Positions 14,601-28,000 of a stretch of 64,000 nt of DNA are shown piece after piece. This DNA is from Balanoglossus misakiensis (lineage: Eukaryota; Animalia; Hemichordata). The position numbers and the translations under genes are program-made. Within the stretch, counting starts at the first letter, position 1, and the number at the start of each line of letters is the position of its first letter. The notes under the pieces were generated by a model. It was not told the origin of the DNA, made no database searches, and saw nothing but the letters and a program-made list of their open reading frames with translations. The DNA lies in NCBI GenBank assembly GCA_040954595.2, contig CM082582.2:8062063-8126062 (forward strand), given 5' to 3'.

Positions 14601-17600
14601 CCACCTCTATTCCACTCCCACTACGCACGACTACTCCCAAACAGAAATCAGTCTGGAGCCTCGGTTCCTGCGAAGCCGCTCCTCGGATACACCGCATCTG
14701 TAGCAGTCGTGTACAGGCCTCGCCTCGTCCATAGCCAATTCACCCTTCGCAGAACCCGACCAACTCGCTCAAATCAGTCTCGTCACTTTCTTTCAAAGAG
14801 AATTTGAATCGACCATTAAGAGCTGTATATGATTACCACTACGACCCCAAGATATGTAGAGCGCCAACCAATTAGCTTAACTACCTACACACAGCACCAC
14901 GGTGACTTTATATATGTATTAGGTGGTTTGGGAAATCTATATTTAAGATGCCAGTTATTTTCGAAGACCTGAATATTTTTACAAAGTTGTCAAGTTTGTA
15001 AGTGTCATTAAGACGACTTTCTCAAGAGCTTCTCTGAGATAGGAGTAACAACTTCATACCTTCAACATTGCGCAGAGAAGACTTTTCTTCTACTCTGTGG
15101 GTTGCAGGGTTCCCGTTTGGCGCGGTTTTATTCTACACAATTATACGATATAATTCCTCCTGCCTTATGGTGTGGTTTTAAAATAACGACATTTCAAAAC
15201 ATAATAATTATACCGAGATTTTTTTCAGACGATATAATTGTGTTATCTAAAATAGGTGGTCAGTTACATGCATGGAATGAAAAAATGCCAAAAATGATTA
15301 CGTCAAACCACGAAACTTCTTTTAGCTTCCTTCATGGGAGTAGGGTTAGGGATTATGGTGCGACATTGCTTCAATCGTTTATTGGAATGCCTTGGTTCTT
15401 TGGAAATGTTTCAGGTAACTTATCTGGACGGTCAAGTAATTTTGACCACTTTTTTTTCCTTTTCCCTGCCATACTGCATGTTATCTTCCCCTTTCTTTGC
15501 ATGTTGGTGTGAATGTCTGAATCTGCATGTACGTCGTCTTGCCTTAAAATTTTGAAAGTTTCTGACCAGATCGAAGGAAAATCAATGACAGTTTGTCACT
15601 GCAAATGCATCGTCAGGCTTTCAAATAGACTAGACAGCTAGGCGAGTTGATCTGACACCAAATGTACTTGATTGTCGCACCTTTTTCTAGGCCGAAGATC
15701 GAGAGAGGAACTATTCATATTCAGCCGAACGGATACAGTTGTAACGCGGTCGCCGGCCAATCAGCAAATGGTGGCAAAATGCTACAAAGCATCTCGCTAT
15801 GCGGACGATCCTGACCACCATACGTTTACTAAGTGATCATTTCAGTGGACTCGGCTGATAGTTTTTTTTCTCTCACGACAGTGTCTCCCTTTCAAAGCCC
15901 TGATATACACCTTTCTAACGTTAAACCTCATTTGATATTTTGAATAAAATCGTGCCATTCAGTGATCAGTTGACCCTTGCTTGCACCATCTATATGGTCG
16001 AGCGATACCTTGTTTACATCCAAGTCGCCATTGGTAGTACATGTACACGTAAAATTGTCAATGTAAGGATAATCATAGCTGAATTATCTGATACTCCTTG
16101 CATGTACCATGGTGGCCCATCTCTATGGTCCATTACATTTTTTCAATTACTTCATTACTGTTCTTATGTCATATGTTTACATCACGAAATCTATTTTTGT
16201 TAACATTGGCCCTGTAGACAAAATTCTGTGGGTGAAATTTTGCATAGGAAACTTTAAGAGAGTGACCGATATCCCAGACTGTATAATACCCCGAGAATTT
16301 TACGTATAAATGTGGTTCATGATAGAGGCGACTCTTTAATTATAAAAAAGATATCTCAATGTTGAAGGGTGAGGCGACAAGCTTGTCTCCTCTCTGATCC
16401 ACGGAATCTTGTTTCCAGGGCTAATACATGTCTTATACGATCATGTACCACCGGTGGTTTATGAAACACAACTTCTTCGTGTTCTATTGGTTTTTGTCAA
16501 GAGACTTATGTCGATGAATTTTAACTAGCATGATGAAAAGTGCTTTATGGATAGGAACGTTATTACAATGCGCGACTGTAGTATTTACTTATTGTACATG
16601 TAAAATGTTGTGAGTTGAGATGTGTAAATAAACGTCGAACCTTCCACATACCTTTGCCCTGGCTTATGAGTGATCGATATCATGGAGAATTTTCACCGAA
16701 TGAAAATAAGGACAATTTTGGATAATGGTGGAGTGGACCGACCAGGACGCCTCGGCGGGTCATTGTTTCCAACGCTTTTTGGCAAGGGGCTGTTTCCGTT
16801 GACACCCTGCAGTCGTATCTGAACGTGAACTGGAGGTATTACTGGGAGGCATAGAAGGTTTGACTATCACGGATTTCGAGGCAAGTGTCGTGAATAAGCA
16901 ACCCCGGAATGAGTGACAAGGACGCGTCTCTGGAATATTGAAACTGACAGTTCTGCCTGCAGGCAGATTAGATGGTGCAATAATACAGTCTGGGCAGGAG
17001 GATTTAGAGCGATACTTCGGGGGCCAGACAATCCAGCCCGGAGGGCGTACGGTGTATACCGATTATAATTGCCCTCTGAGAATTTTAGAGCTGCGTACGA
17101 CCTTTGTGGGGGATTATCGGGTGCTAAAATACAAATCACCGCGAGGATTTGTGGATATTGGATATTATCTGGTCCCTTTAAAGAAGCAAACCTCATAGAT
17201 TGAAACTTTTCAGTCGAAAAGGTCGACAATCGGAGAAGATCTGGGGCTGCAAGACATTGATTGTGCTAGGCAAGATAAAGTGGAAAACTTGCCATAAAAG
17301 GAATGGGAAGATTGTAAAACTCTAACTGATTAGAATTTATGTCTGGGCAGCCTTTTTCCAACATTTTTCACGCCCACTCATAGAAATTTTCATAAATTTC
17401 ATTCAAGAAAATATCAGGCCAGTGCATGCACTGAATAAACAATGTGGCCATTTTGTCAGTTACTTTGAGAAATAATTAAACAAACATACAAGGTGGATCA
17501 CTACGTGTTGAAAAGTACTTAATGAAAGATCACTTATGACGCAAGTCCTGAACATTGCTCAAGAAAGGTGAAATCCTTTACATTGTAATTTGTGGGCATG

Positions 17601-19019
17601 TGCACTTGTCAGAAACTTGGATTATTGCTCCATTTCTGGGGTCAACATATCGCAGGAAATTTTGCTTTTGCACACACACCTCACGTATATGTAACATCTT
17701 TCACCAATGTAGAATTACAACCTTACAAAAACGCGTGAAGAATGTTGAAAATGGAAGTGGTTACACAAAATGAAGCTCACACAAATGCTGCTCAGAAAGC
17801 GAAGTCTTGTTTTGCATAAACCAGAATAAATGTTTACAGTTTACAAAGCAATAATATCACGTTCTCGCGTGTGCACTGGTTCACAACTGGCATCGGTTCA
17901 CCACTTGCAATGATGTCCAGGTCATTTAAATAACAAATAAGGACGTCAGAGTGTCCACGTGTTCAAGCAGTTTCAGAAGGAAAACATCCGCGATTCTCCC
18001 GAAAGCAACAGCTGGTGAGTGGGTGTTTACCTATTTTCTCCGAGTGGAATGTTTGTGTTATGGTCGTCTGAACGGTTTTTAAATCTGTTGGGTATGTTAC
18101 AACGTCAACCGTTTGTTAGTTTTGCAACGAGATGCGTTGATGTATTTGGATTGCGTGTTTGGCACCTCTGCACTGGTACTCATCGGAGGGGGTGTGGTTG
18201 TTGAAGTTTGACACGCACGTGTTCATGACGCAGATATGTAGACCAACTTAAAATTGAGTATGGCATTGATCTTATTTAACTTATATGGCAGTTGGCAGAT
18301 TTTTATGCAAATGGGAGATTTTCTGACAGGGCCCAGGGGAATCAAGAGTGAATGACACAAGGCGTCTTCGCCGTTACTTTCCTCCAACACCGACTTTCAC
18401 TTCCGGGGCACTTAAAGGCACACCTTCCTTATCTGCTTTGACTGGCGTAGAGGGAGTGTGGTTTGTAAGCAAGTGGAAAGCCACCCTCGTATAATTTGTT
18501 CTGTCCCTAGATCAGCATGGTGCGTGTGCGCGTGGTGGTAGTCGGGTTAAATTGCTTGTTTCAAAATCAACAGCGATTTAATATACAAATGTCACGACCA
18601 TTGCCACCGGCTTGTACCCACTGTGCAGATTTACGTGGTACGGGCTTTTTACCATTGCCAACAACTTCATTATCGGGGCTCAGAGACGCCAGCTGAGCGT
18701 GCGGTTGTGTGTCATTCGCATGTCGCATCTGATTACTCCCATGGGGAATCGTACGTGCGAGTGAGGGTACTGTGTCTGCCAAACGCGGCCGGTGATGATA
18801 AGTATCGGCTTATACCACCTTCAACAAGTGACGACATTGGTTGAGTGGGCAGTGGTTGAAAACGCAGCGGGTGTCCCATCCGTCACTCCAGAATTCTAGA
18901 TTTGTGGGAATTGTCTAAAGGCCTTATAAACCTCGTATATACCTATTTTTATCCTAGTGTTGCGTGTTCCAAACGAATAGAAAGGGTGGTGTGTCAATAA
19001 AATTACGCATGACCCAAGA

Positions 19020-19056
<37 letters not shown>
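19020..19056. repeat. (GTCT)n microsatellite, about 9 units
   Basis: tgtctgtctgtct run, directly visible. Confidence 0.9.
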
Positions 19057-19058
<2 letters not shown>

Positions 19059-22009
19059 TTTGTGTATGATATTCTTAAAAACAATTACCACCATCGTCTG
19101 ACGCACAGCCCCCCCCCCCCTGCCACGGCGTCGTTAATGTGCCCTCTGGTAAAAAAAAATGAATGTTTGTACAGTCATCGATCAAATTTCTGTTGCGACT
19201 CAGCAAACAGAATGATAATGTGAGACCGCATACAAAAACGAGAACTATGTTTTGATACTGAAGTTATTCAAGGGATTCGAAATTAGGTTACCGCGGGGAA
19301 CGTTACTCCCAGGAATTTCGCATTTTCTCTCTCGGTTTTGTTGATTAATTGGAATTTCGATAATAATTAATCAATCAATCATTTGATAATATTTGTCAAC
19401 TCACTAAATGCAAAACGAAATACCGATTACATTTAAGCTGAAAGATAGCCCTTCCCGGGGAGTGTACAAGGCTTAGCCATATTTCTATATTGGATACTTT
19501 GTTTGAATCTAGTAGTTAATAATTAACTATACATATTCAGGTCTTTTATACCAATCAACTATATTTTAAGTGGCATTTGAAATATACGACTACGACTGTT
19601 TCCTGAAATATCGGCGCTTGTTGAAATCTCATTTCTGACGTCTGTTCCTTAACTGTCATTGCCGAGCAATATCACAGAAAAAGTAGTTCCATTCCAAATT
19701 GTGTTTAGTTTGATACAGACTAATATTTGATGGTGAGTTTAGTTCACTGTGGCGAAGTTATTCAACTCGCAATACGGGCAGAAAAAATACCATCAGTGCG
19801 TATATCTCGTTTGAGTTCCCTTCATCGGGATAGGTCATCATTATGTCGTTATTATCACATGCGTCCCCGCCATTGGAATGGTATTTTCGGGATTGCCAGG
19901 GAATCTGCTTTATTGCCGGCCATTAGTCAGTATTCCGTGCAGGCGAGTCGGAATCCGAGGAGATCTGTGTGGCAAAATTGAACACGCTTTGATTAAATCT
20001 TCGCCGATAGGCGCGATCGCCACGAATCGAAGCTGGTCGGTAGAAAATCACGTATAGCTTGGTGCCGACACTAAGCATACGTATGCACACAGAGCATGTA
20101 TCTGAGTGTCCACACTATTTTGTATCATACAAGGAAATAATTCGATTTTCTTTGATTTCATTTCAAATTCTGTTATTAAACTACACAACTCTAACACTAG
20201 ACTACCCCTTGATTGAGTCCAGCAGCACCCTTTATCTAAGGAGGGCAGAGTCGCAATTGGGGGATGAAGTAAGGTGTCCGTGTGAAGAAGAAAACCAAAA
20301 TAGCAGAACGATCTCGAGAAAGAAAATCACTTTCCGACAAAGAATCCGATAAAGACATCTAACACACCTATAAACATGCCACACACAGCGTTCCTGATTA
20401 AAGACACTGATTTGTAGGGCCGGGCAATTTTGAACAATAAATAGGATCTCGTAACTCATATTTGTCAAACAGAAAATAAAATTTACGATTACGAAATTGA
20501 GGTCTCTCAATCCACAGTTCAGTCAATTTTCCGCGAAAGGGTTCACCTCGACAAGAGTTGGTTGTAAACCATTCGTCACTCTTATAATTCTCTGATTTCC
20601 TCATTCTATATTTCTTTGCAATTTATTGACCATACACAGGAAGTATTCGGTCGAAACACTTTCAATTTGGTTTAACATAAGTACATGTATATGACGTTTA
20701 TTGCCAACCTGGGCCCTATTACCCGGCAAAGTGCAATTATAAATGCGAACTCACCACAGTTCAACTGCGTTTGTAGTTCAATATACATTTATCGATACCG
20801 GATTTTTGGTATTCTGTACTTAAAAGTAGCGGAGACTATAATTTATCTTTTTTCACGTGCCGTGACTTTATTTAAATTTTTCACATGGGAGTCTAAGTCA
20901 TCTTGGAGCAACGGAAGAGTTGCAGACTGTCACCCGCGGATGTGTTGAGATCCCAGAGTGAGGCCTACATGGCATTGATGTGCCAGACGAAAGCAGACGC
21001 TATACTCATTTTGTGGTGATAAATAGGCCATCAGTACTAACTGATATTCCTAGTACCTGAACTTGCTGAAGTTGAAATGACACCTTCACCGATAACATGA
21101 ACTCGGTGTTATCTTTGAATTTGGTAAAATGCACTTTTAAGCATTCGTGGTTGTGTCAGTGACCATGAAGCGCATTCTTGCGGGGTCATCATTAATTGAG
21201 TCGAAAGCGCTGAAACTGGCGTGGATACACTTGCATGGCACTTTGCTATCAGTCTATCTGCTCCTGAATCAATCAGACCTAAATTGGTCAATTGTTGGGG
21301 AGCCCGTCGAGGGAGCGCGTTCTTCTCGAGGAAGTCCCATGGTGATTTCTCCGTCTCCACGACAACGTTGGAGATAAACACTTACACATCCCTGGCGAGG
21401 CCTGATAAGAATCAGTCTCGTGAACGGGCTGACCACGATGTCAAGCGGTTGAACTGTCCGATTTTTCTCGCAACCGTCAAGCTGCTGGATATCATGGGAG
21501 AACTTCCAGAGCTATTCAACTTCGCACGTCACCACCGGTTCGATCGAGAGCAGTGTTAAACTGATGACAATAACTTTCTAATTCAGCCTACGAGAAGCTA
21601 AGCGAACCTTTCATGCAAACCACATTATGATAAATGTAAGGATCTCGATAATTTACATACACATTTCTCCATTTGACACAGATAAACTTTATAATGAATA
21701 CGCAGTTATGTGGATGTACGCAAAACCAAAAATCGTCCAGGGGAGATGGAGGGGCTGCAAAACTGCAGCAACCCAGTACAGGATTTTGGAAGGCTGCGCC
21801 TGTCGAGTCACAGCAAAGTTGGGCGAGGTTAAGAAGTCAAAATTGGCCGAATTTTTCCTTTGAAGTGTGTTAAACAAAAACCAGGATAAACAGAAGAATG
21901 AATATTCTCAGCGTTTCCTTGCTTTCCACGATTTTAACCAGCTGTTCGTTGATCTTTTGTGGAAGCAGAACTTTTATACTTACCGCCGTTATCTCGAAAA
22001 CGAGGTTGG

Positions 22010-22061
22010 TTACCCAGAATGCACTTCAGTACCCAAGAGAAGCATTGCATTCAAGATGGCG
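22010..22061 (+). promoter_or_regulatory. ZNF341 promoter region: ZNF143/Staf site plus a YY1-like motif over the start codon
   Basis: TTACCCAGAATGCACTTC (22010-22027) matches the Staf-binding consensus. CAAGATGGCG (22052-22061) is the YY1 core overlapping the ATG. Confidence 0.55.
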
Positions 22062-25000
22062 CAAGGCTTGTTCGATGCGTTAGGCGTCGGTGAGTATAAA
22101 ATATTTTTACGTGTTTTTCTCAACAATATATGTCGTTTGAGGTATCCCAAGTAAAAATGTGGTTATTGCTCTTTGCCCTGTAATTTTTACATTTTTTACA
22201 GTGCATGCCGGGTACCGTTTTTCGGCACTTCAATTTGCGCCTGTGTGTCTATTTCGTGTGGTTTTCTATGACCCATCGCGTTCACCTTTTCCATTTCACT
22301 CATTATAATATTCACATATACGTGGATTTCCCCATTTTCTCAAATGTACATGTTGTTCCTAATCGCCGATTTAAAAAATACCCCGTTAAAATGACGCAGT
22401 TATGTTTTTCCCTGGTGTTGAAATTTGACAGGTCATTTGCAAGGCGACACAGCACACCCTGTGAAAATTCGCTTCCCGCCTTGTTTGTTCAACGTTTGGC
22501 AACATCGCATTAATTCGACATCAATTTCCATATACAGTTTCACATCTGGGGAGGGTTGTCGGGCTTAAAATGGTGCGCAGAAAAGTTTGGGGTGATGTTG
22601 GAGTAGTTTGGTACCGGTGAAGCGGGGTAGAGGGGGTTACAGGTGGGGAATATGTTGGAACAGCCTGGCCAGGGTGGGTCCGTTTTTGTTGGAAAAGCTA
22701 CAACACACGTCGCCGCCATATTCGTCCTGATCACAGTCGAGTGTTCAGTAAAAGACCGGACGGTCGACCACCCTCGCAGGAGTCGTTTCGTAAATTCAGC
22801 CGAGCTACCAATCTCAAGATTACCACAACTACGTGTTCTTGTTCCCAAAAAAGCTATTTCTGAAATTCTGTGCCGCGATCGCAGAAAGAGAAATGGGATT
22901 GCGTTTCACGGTGTCCATTGCCCGTTGCATGCCGTGGCCTGCAAGGTCTTTGTTCTTCAACCCCAGCCGGGAAGCCATTTGTATATTGCCTAGCCACATT
23001 ACAGGCATTCCATAAAGACTGCTTACGTGATCGCCGTACTTCGGAGGACCGGTCACTAATATAAACTAGCCTAACCGTCTGTTGCTTTGGGCATGGTACA
23101 TTTGAAATGTTTGGTTTTTGTATACCGATTTCTGAATTTGTAAAACACCGTTGCTTGTTGAACGGTAGATCATGGACATGTTTAGCCTTGGCTTGTACAG
23201 TGCCAGCTCACAGTCCCTTGATCAACTGTGGCCAGCTGTTGTATCAACGATCGTGTAAATTACTGGATAGGAAAAAATAGATCCCCAACCACAACGCAGC
23301 CTTTGATAGGAATTGAATGCTTTACCCAACCAGAATTTTCATTCACATAATTTTCGGAGACAGATGTACTTGATTTACAACTGCATGTTTAAGCATTTCA
23401 ACATTTTACAAACACATACCTGTATTTCTGAATCATCAGGTATTAATCAGTTGGCATATCATAAACTACAAACTGTTGTCAATCTGAGTCCCGTAAAGCA
23501 ATATCTGTTGTAGTGATGAAATTATTTTGATGCCAAACTATATGATAAATGTGCAGCTTTACAAATACATGTTATTATGATAAAATAAAGATTGGCTATG
23601 TTGTGCCAAATACACAACCTTTTGTAGCGTGGATTACTATTGGGATGTTCTTTTTTTACCCTTTCACCCCTATTTCCTTGAATAGAGGGCCCAGCATTGC
23701 CATTGAGTACAATAAAGTTGGACCAAACCATTTAAGTGAATGGGTTAAGTATGTTGTAAATGCAGAATATGACCACTTTGCCCTTTCTGTCATTTTGTCT
23801 GTTGTACACTTACGTTGTTATGGCTGTGTTAAATGTATATACCGGTATATCCACACATGGAGGAAGATTTGGAGATGATACCATCGTCTATCTTTAGATT
23901 GTAATAGACCAGCAGATAATGGTCGCATACATGTAGTATTTGCACTGGGCTTTGGTCTGTGAACAGCCCAATATTTTCTAGTACAATAATGACGATCAAG
24001 ATGACAAACAAAGCAATCAAGTAAATATTCCAGTTTTCTGATGATCTGAGTCAGATGTACTTGATTGTCATATCTGTGTTAAACTGCAACAATTTTCAGA
24101 TTGTTTGTGGAAAACATTCAGTCTTTCCTTGGATGTAAATCGTTTGAATAATTGCACCTAAGTCCTTGATAATGTCTGCCTATGTGACAAAGACAAGCTC
24201 AGAAATTCACATTAGTTTGCCATCAATCTCTTAAGGAGTGTAATCTGTCCCTGAACTCTGTGTTAACCACCAATTTACTACTTCATGTAAACAAAAATGC
24301 CAGATATAATTTTATCATTCGAGAGACTGCAATTTAGAAGATTACCTGTCTTGTCTGTTGAGCGATTGAATGAGTCTGAATCGTGTGGTAAAATAAAAAG
24401 ATTTACAAGTTCACAGGAATATATACATGCACTTGAATACTAATAAATGTTTTCTTTGACGTTTCAGTTGGCATGGACAACCAGACTGCCCTGGCTGTAC
24501 AGTCGCTGCTGGATAGCCAGGGTGGTGTGCAAGACCCTACAACGAATGGAGGTAAGTTATAAGCACATGTCATTTCTTGTTTTCTCAGTGGTTGGAACCT
24601 TGAAATTAAATGCATGACCTAATGACTTTGAATTTTTCGATATATACTTGTCGAATTATCGTGGAATTTCACTAGTCATTAAAAGTGCAAAATTTTCGCC
24701 TTGGTTTCATTGCCAAAATAATCTGAGAAACTATTTTTTGTGCCTGCCCTTGCTAGATCAAAATTCATGACTTGTCATAGTTTATGTCGCACAATCGCAA
24801 TAACATATCAACTGTGGAGTGGATTTGCAATAATTGTCATGTGAATTAAAAGTGTTCATTAAACACACATTTCCAAGGTTACTGTCCCTTTTAAAAGGGA
24901 CCCCTGCAGAAGTGTCGAAGGACCCAATAATGCAAACTCCATGAAGTAAAATAATAAAACCACTCAGAGTCCCAGAAAATACTTTTTGTTGAGAGGGGTA

Positions 25001-28000
25001 TCCATGTTAGGAGCATTAGTCACGAAGCAATATAAGAGAGACTTGTAGGACATGCACCCCATGTATATTGCTTGATGTAGTTACACATTAATCAGTGACA
25101 ACTTGCGTGACACACACAAAAAAGAAACTTTTTGTACGACAAGCGTTTCAGACTATCAAATGCTGCTCTATATGTCAGTATGAGTCAGCACTCGAGCCAA
25201 TACCCTCAACATGGCTTTGAAATCTACATGTATATAGGGTATATGCATTTCCAGTGGTGGCACATGGGGGGAATCTGCCAGCCAGCATCTATGATTTGTG
25301 GCGGATGTTGCTAGGATGAAATAGAAACATGTGTCCTTTGCTGGGAGTGTGTGACATTCTGCGACGGCTAAAATGTTTGGTATGATAAACCGACTAACAT
25401 TTTAGTGCCCATCAATAATACCAGTAGCCTGTTACTGAAAAAAGTTGTACCATCAGTTTGATTGATGAAACCTATTTCAGGAACTGGTTTTGGGGGTTGT
25501 TGGTGAGTGTCATTGTCCTGCAAAATTGTCATGAGTCCACTGGTTTTAAATGGTATTCAGTAATCACTGGAAATCGGGGCAATATATTAAGAAGCTTATT
25601 TTTTCCTGTCTCCGGTGTGGCAATCGATCATGAGCTTATCCAAAAATGGATATGTACACATGCGCTCCTAATTTCTGTAGTTTATGGCATTCGAGAGCAC
25701 AATACATTTTTGTACTACTGTACCATATGATGCAAATGTGTGCTGTCTGACTCCCAGTGCATCCAGGATGTTCTGTACATGTGTGGTTTTGTCCAGGTGC
25801 TGCTTGCTTTTAACAAGTGCTCAGATCTACTTTTAGACATACACATATCTTTCTCATGATATTGGAACAGCTTCAGTTATTGCACACTTATGTTGTGACA
25901 TGAAAATTAAAATTTTAGTGAAGTGGGACATAGCAATAAGTTGGGGACATACATAAAGTAGGGCAGTGTACTTTGGGCCCTAGCTGAATGAAACTTACTT
26001 TAGTTTGAACAGACAGCTTCAAGATTCCATATTGTGCCTGTCTTATTTCTGGCTCAACTCAGGCTTGAGAATTTTTTCCTAACCAGAGAAAACTAAAAGC
26101 ATCTTGACATGATTCTTTGTTGCTTTCTTATTGTAGCCGAAGAAGAAGATGTTTTCCAGTGTGGGAAATGCAAGAAACAGTTCTCGAGTTTGCCGGCGTT
26201 CATGGCGCACAAGAGGGAGCGGTGCGTCCCCGTCTCCCACGCCAACCAAGTGAGAACAAACGTGACCGCGGCTCCCAGTCCCAACAGCGCGTTCACGACG
26301 TCGGTGCAGCAGCAGCACCACGCCCTGACCCGGCAAGTGCCCACGTTCGCCGGGCCCGTGCCGCCGTCGCCGCTGTCGCACGTCAGTCAGAACATGAGCG
26401 TGCTCAGCGAGGAGATGCTCATGTCCACCTTCTCCGGCATGGAGCAGGCGGGTCTGCCCATCCAGTCGTCGACCGCCTTCCAGAGCGCCCCCATACAGGC
26501 GGGACCGTTCCTGTCGCAGGCACCCCAGCAGCAGCAGCAGCAGCAGCGGACCAGTTCGGCGCCGGTCACCATCCAGGCCGTGCAGCACGCGGGTTTCACC
26601 ACCGTCAACACGGCGGCGCTGACCAACACGGTGCAGGCCATCCCCACGCAGATCATCCAGGTGCAACACCAGACGCACCAAGTCGCCCAGATCGGGGTGG
26701 CGCCCATCGTACAGAAGCAGCCGAGCCCTCCCAAGCAGACGACGACGCCGCTGCCCCAACCGCAGCAACAGCAGGTGCAGCAGCAGTCGCAGGCCCAGCC
26801 GTCCAACCGGCCGAACGTGAACGTCATCACGGACGTGCACACGGCGGCCAAGAGGCGCCGCAACATCAACCAGGATCCCACGAAGAAGCTGGGCAAGCTC
26901 AAGTGCACCTACTGCGACAAAACCTTCAACAAGAACTTTGACCTGCAGCAGCACATCCGCAGCCACACAGGGGAGAAACCCTTCCAGTGCATTGTGTGCG
27001 GAAGAGCCTTTGCCCAGAAGTCGAATGTGAAGAAGCACATGCAGACGCACAAAGTTTGGCCTCGTGGCACAGGAAATACATTACCGAAACAGGTAGGTGT
27101 CATCACTGAGTGTTTCTGGAAAGTTTTGATATTTTATTCTAATGCTGTCCCATTCTGTTATCTTGTATAATCACATTTAGCAAGCACACTTTTTTTAATA
27201 TCTGACATCTGAGGAGAAGACATTGCATTTGAAAAACATGGCCTGTGCAAGGTCAGAATGTGAAACCAGATCATGCATTGCAAATCAGAAACATTCACGC
27301 ATGATTACCATGAAGTGAATTTTCACATCATGGTGAATTGTCGCTTCACCATCATCCCATCATAACACGAGGCCATGATAACCAACCGTAACAGAAGGTT
27401 GACAGTAGAAGCCTAGCATATAATACTTCATAATCACTTGGTAATTGGATAAGTGTGGGTTAATTGCATGACATGTTGTGGTGTATAGCGAAGAAAAATC
27501 TACATACTTATTTCTATACCGGTCTTTTTAAAAAATCAATAACATCAAGAAAGCTGGATTGCCCCTGAGGGTTTGTATTATCTGGAGGTGTATTCCTCTA
27601 AAAGCCTTGCAAGTCTAGCTGTGTGTGTGGGTGTGAATATTGCAGTTCTGTGTATTTCAGTCACTCTGTGTGTCGATGCTTCCGTACACTTTGGCACGTC
27701 GGCTGATAGAAGTCTTCATTCTCTGACTGTATTTTCTCTGGAACATTATCACTAATAAGATGGTACAATTTATAAACGTGAAAGACTTTCTTAAGGCCAC
27801 TCTTCCAAAATCCTGTTTTATTTTGAGGGAAAGTTATTTTTTATTTGTCATCAACAATGGCCCTAACCTAAACTCCAATCTTCTAACATCACTTGGGATG
27901 TTTATTTCAAGCAAGGAATAGTCCCCTGTTTAAGAGGATTTGAGATAAAGGAGGCCCTGAGGAAGCCTTGCCGAATAAAAGCATTGGTACAATCAAATCA

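Noticed and set aside
16680-17230. Coding-looking GC-balanced stretch with broken ORFs
   Set aside because: Multiple stops and no recognisable domain; it may be a decayed transposon or pseudogene but cannot be supported without a search.
20897-20965. tRNA-like sequence (TGGAGCAACGG...GACTGTCAC...GTTGAGATCCC)
   Set aside because: The B-box is broken and there is no clean cloverleaf; at most an old SINE head.
21150-21560. ORF-like patch and minus-strand GTAAGT donor upstream of ZNF341 (possible divergent transcript)
   Set aside because: The minus-strand frames I translated are interrupted by stops and no homology was recognised.
26079-27050. Long antisense and alternate-frame ORFs (323 aa minus, 274 aa plus) over ZNF341 exon 3
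   Set aside because: Shadow ORFs produced by high GC3 in the real exon; no recognisable domain.
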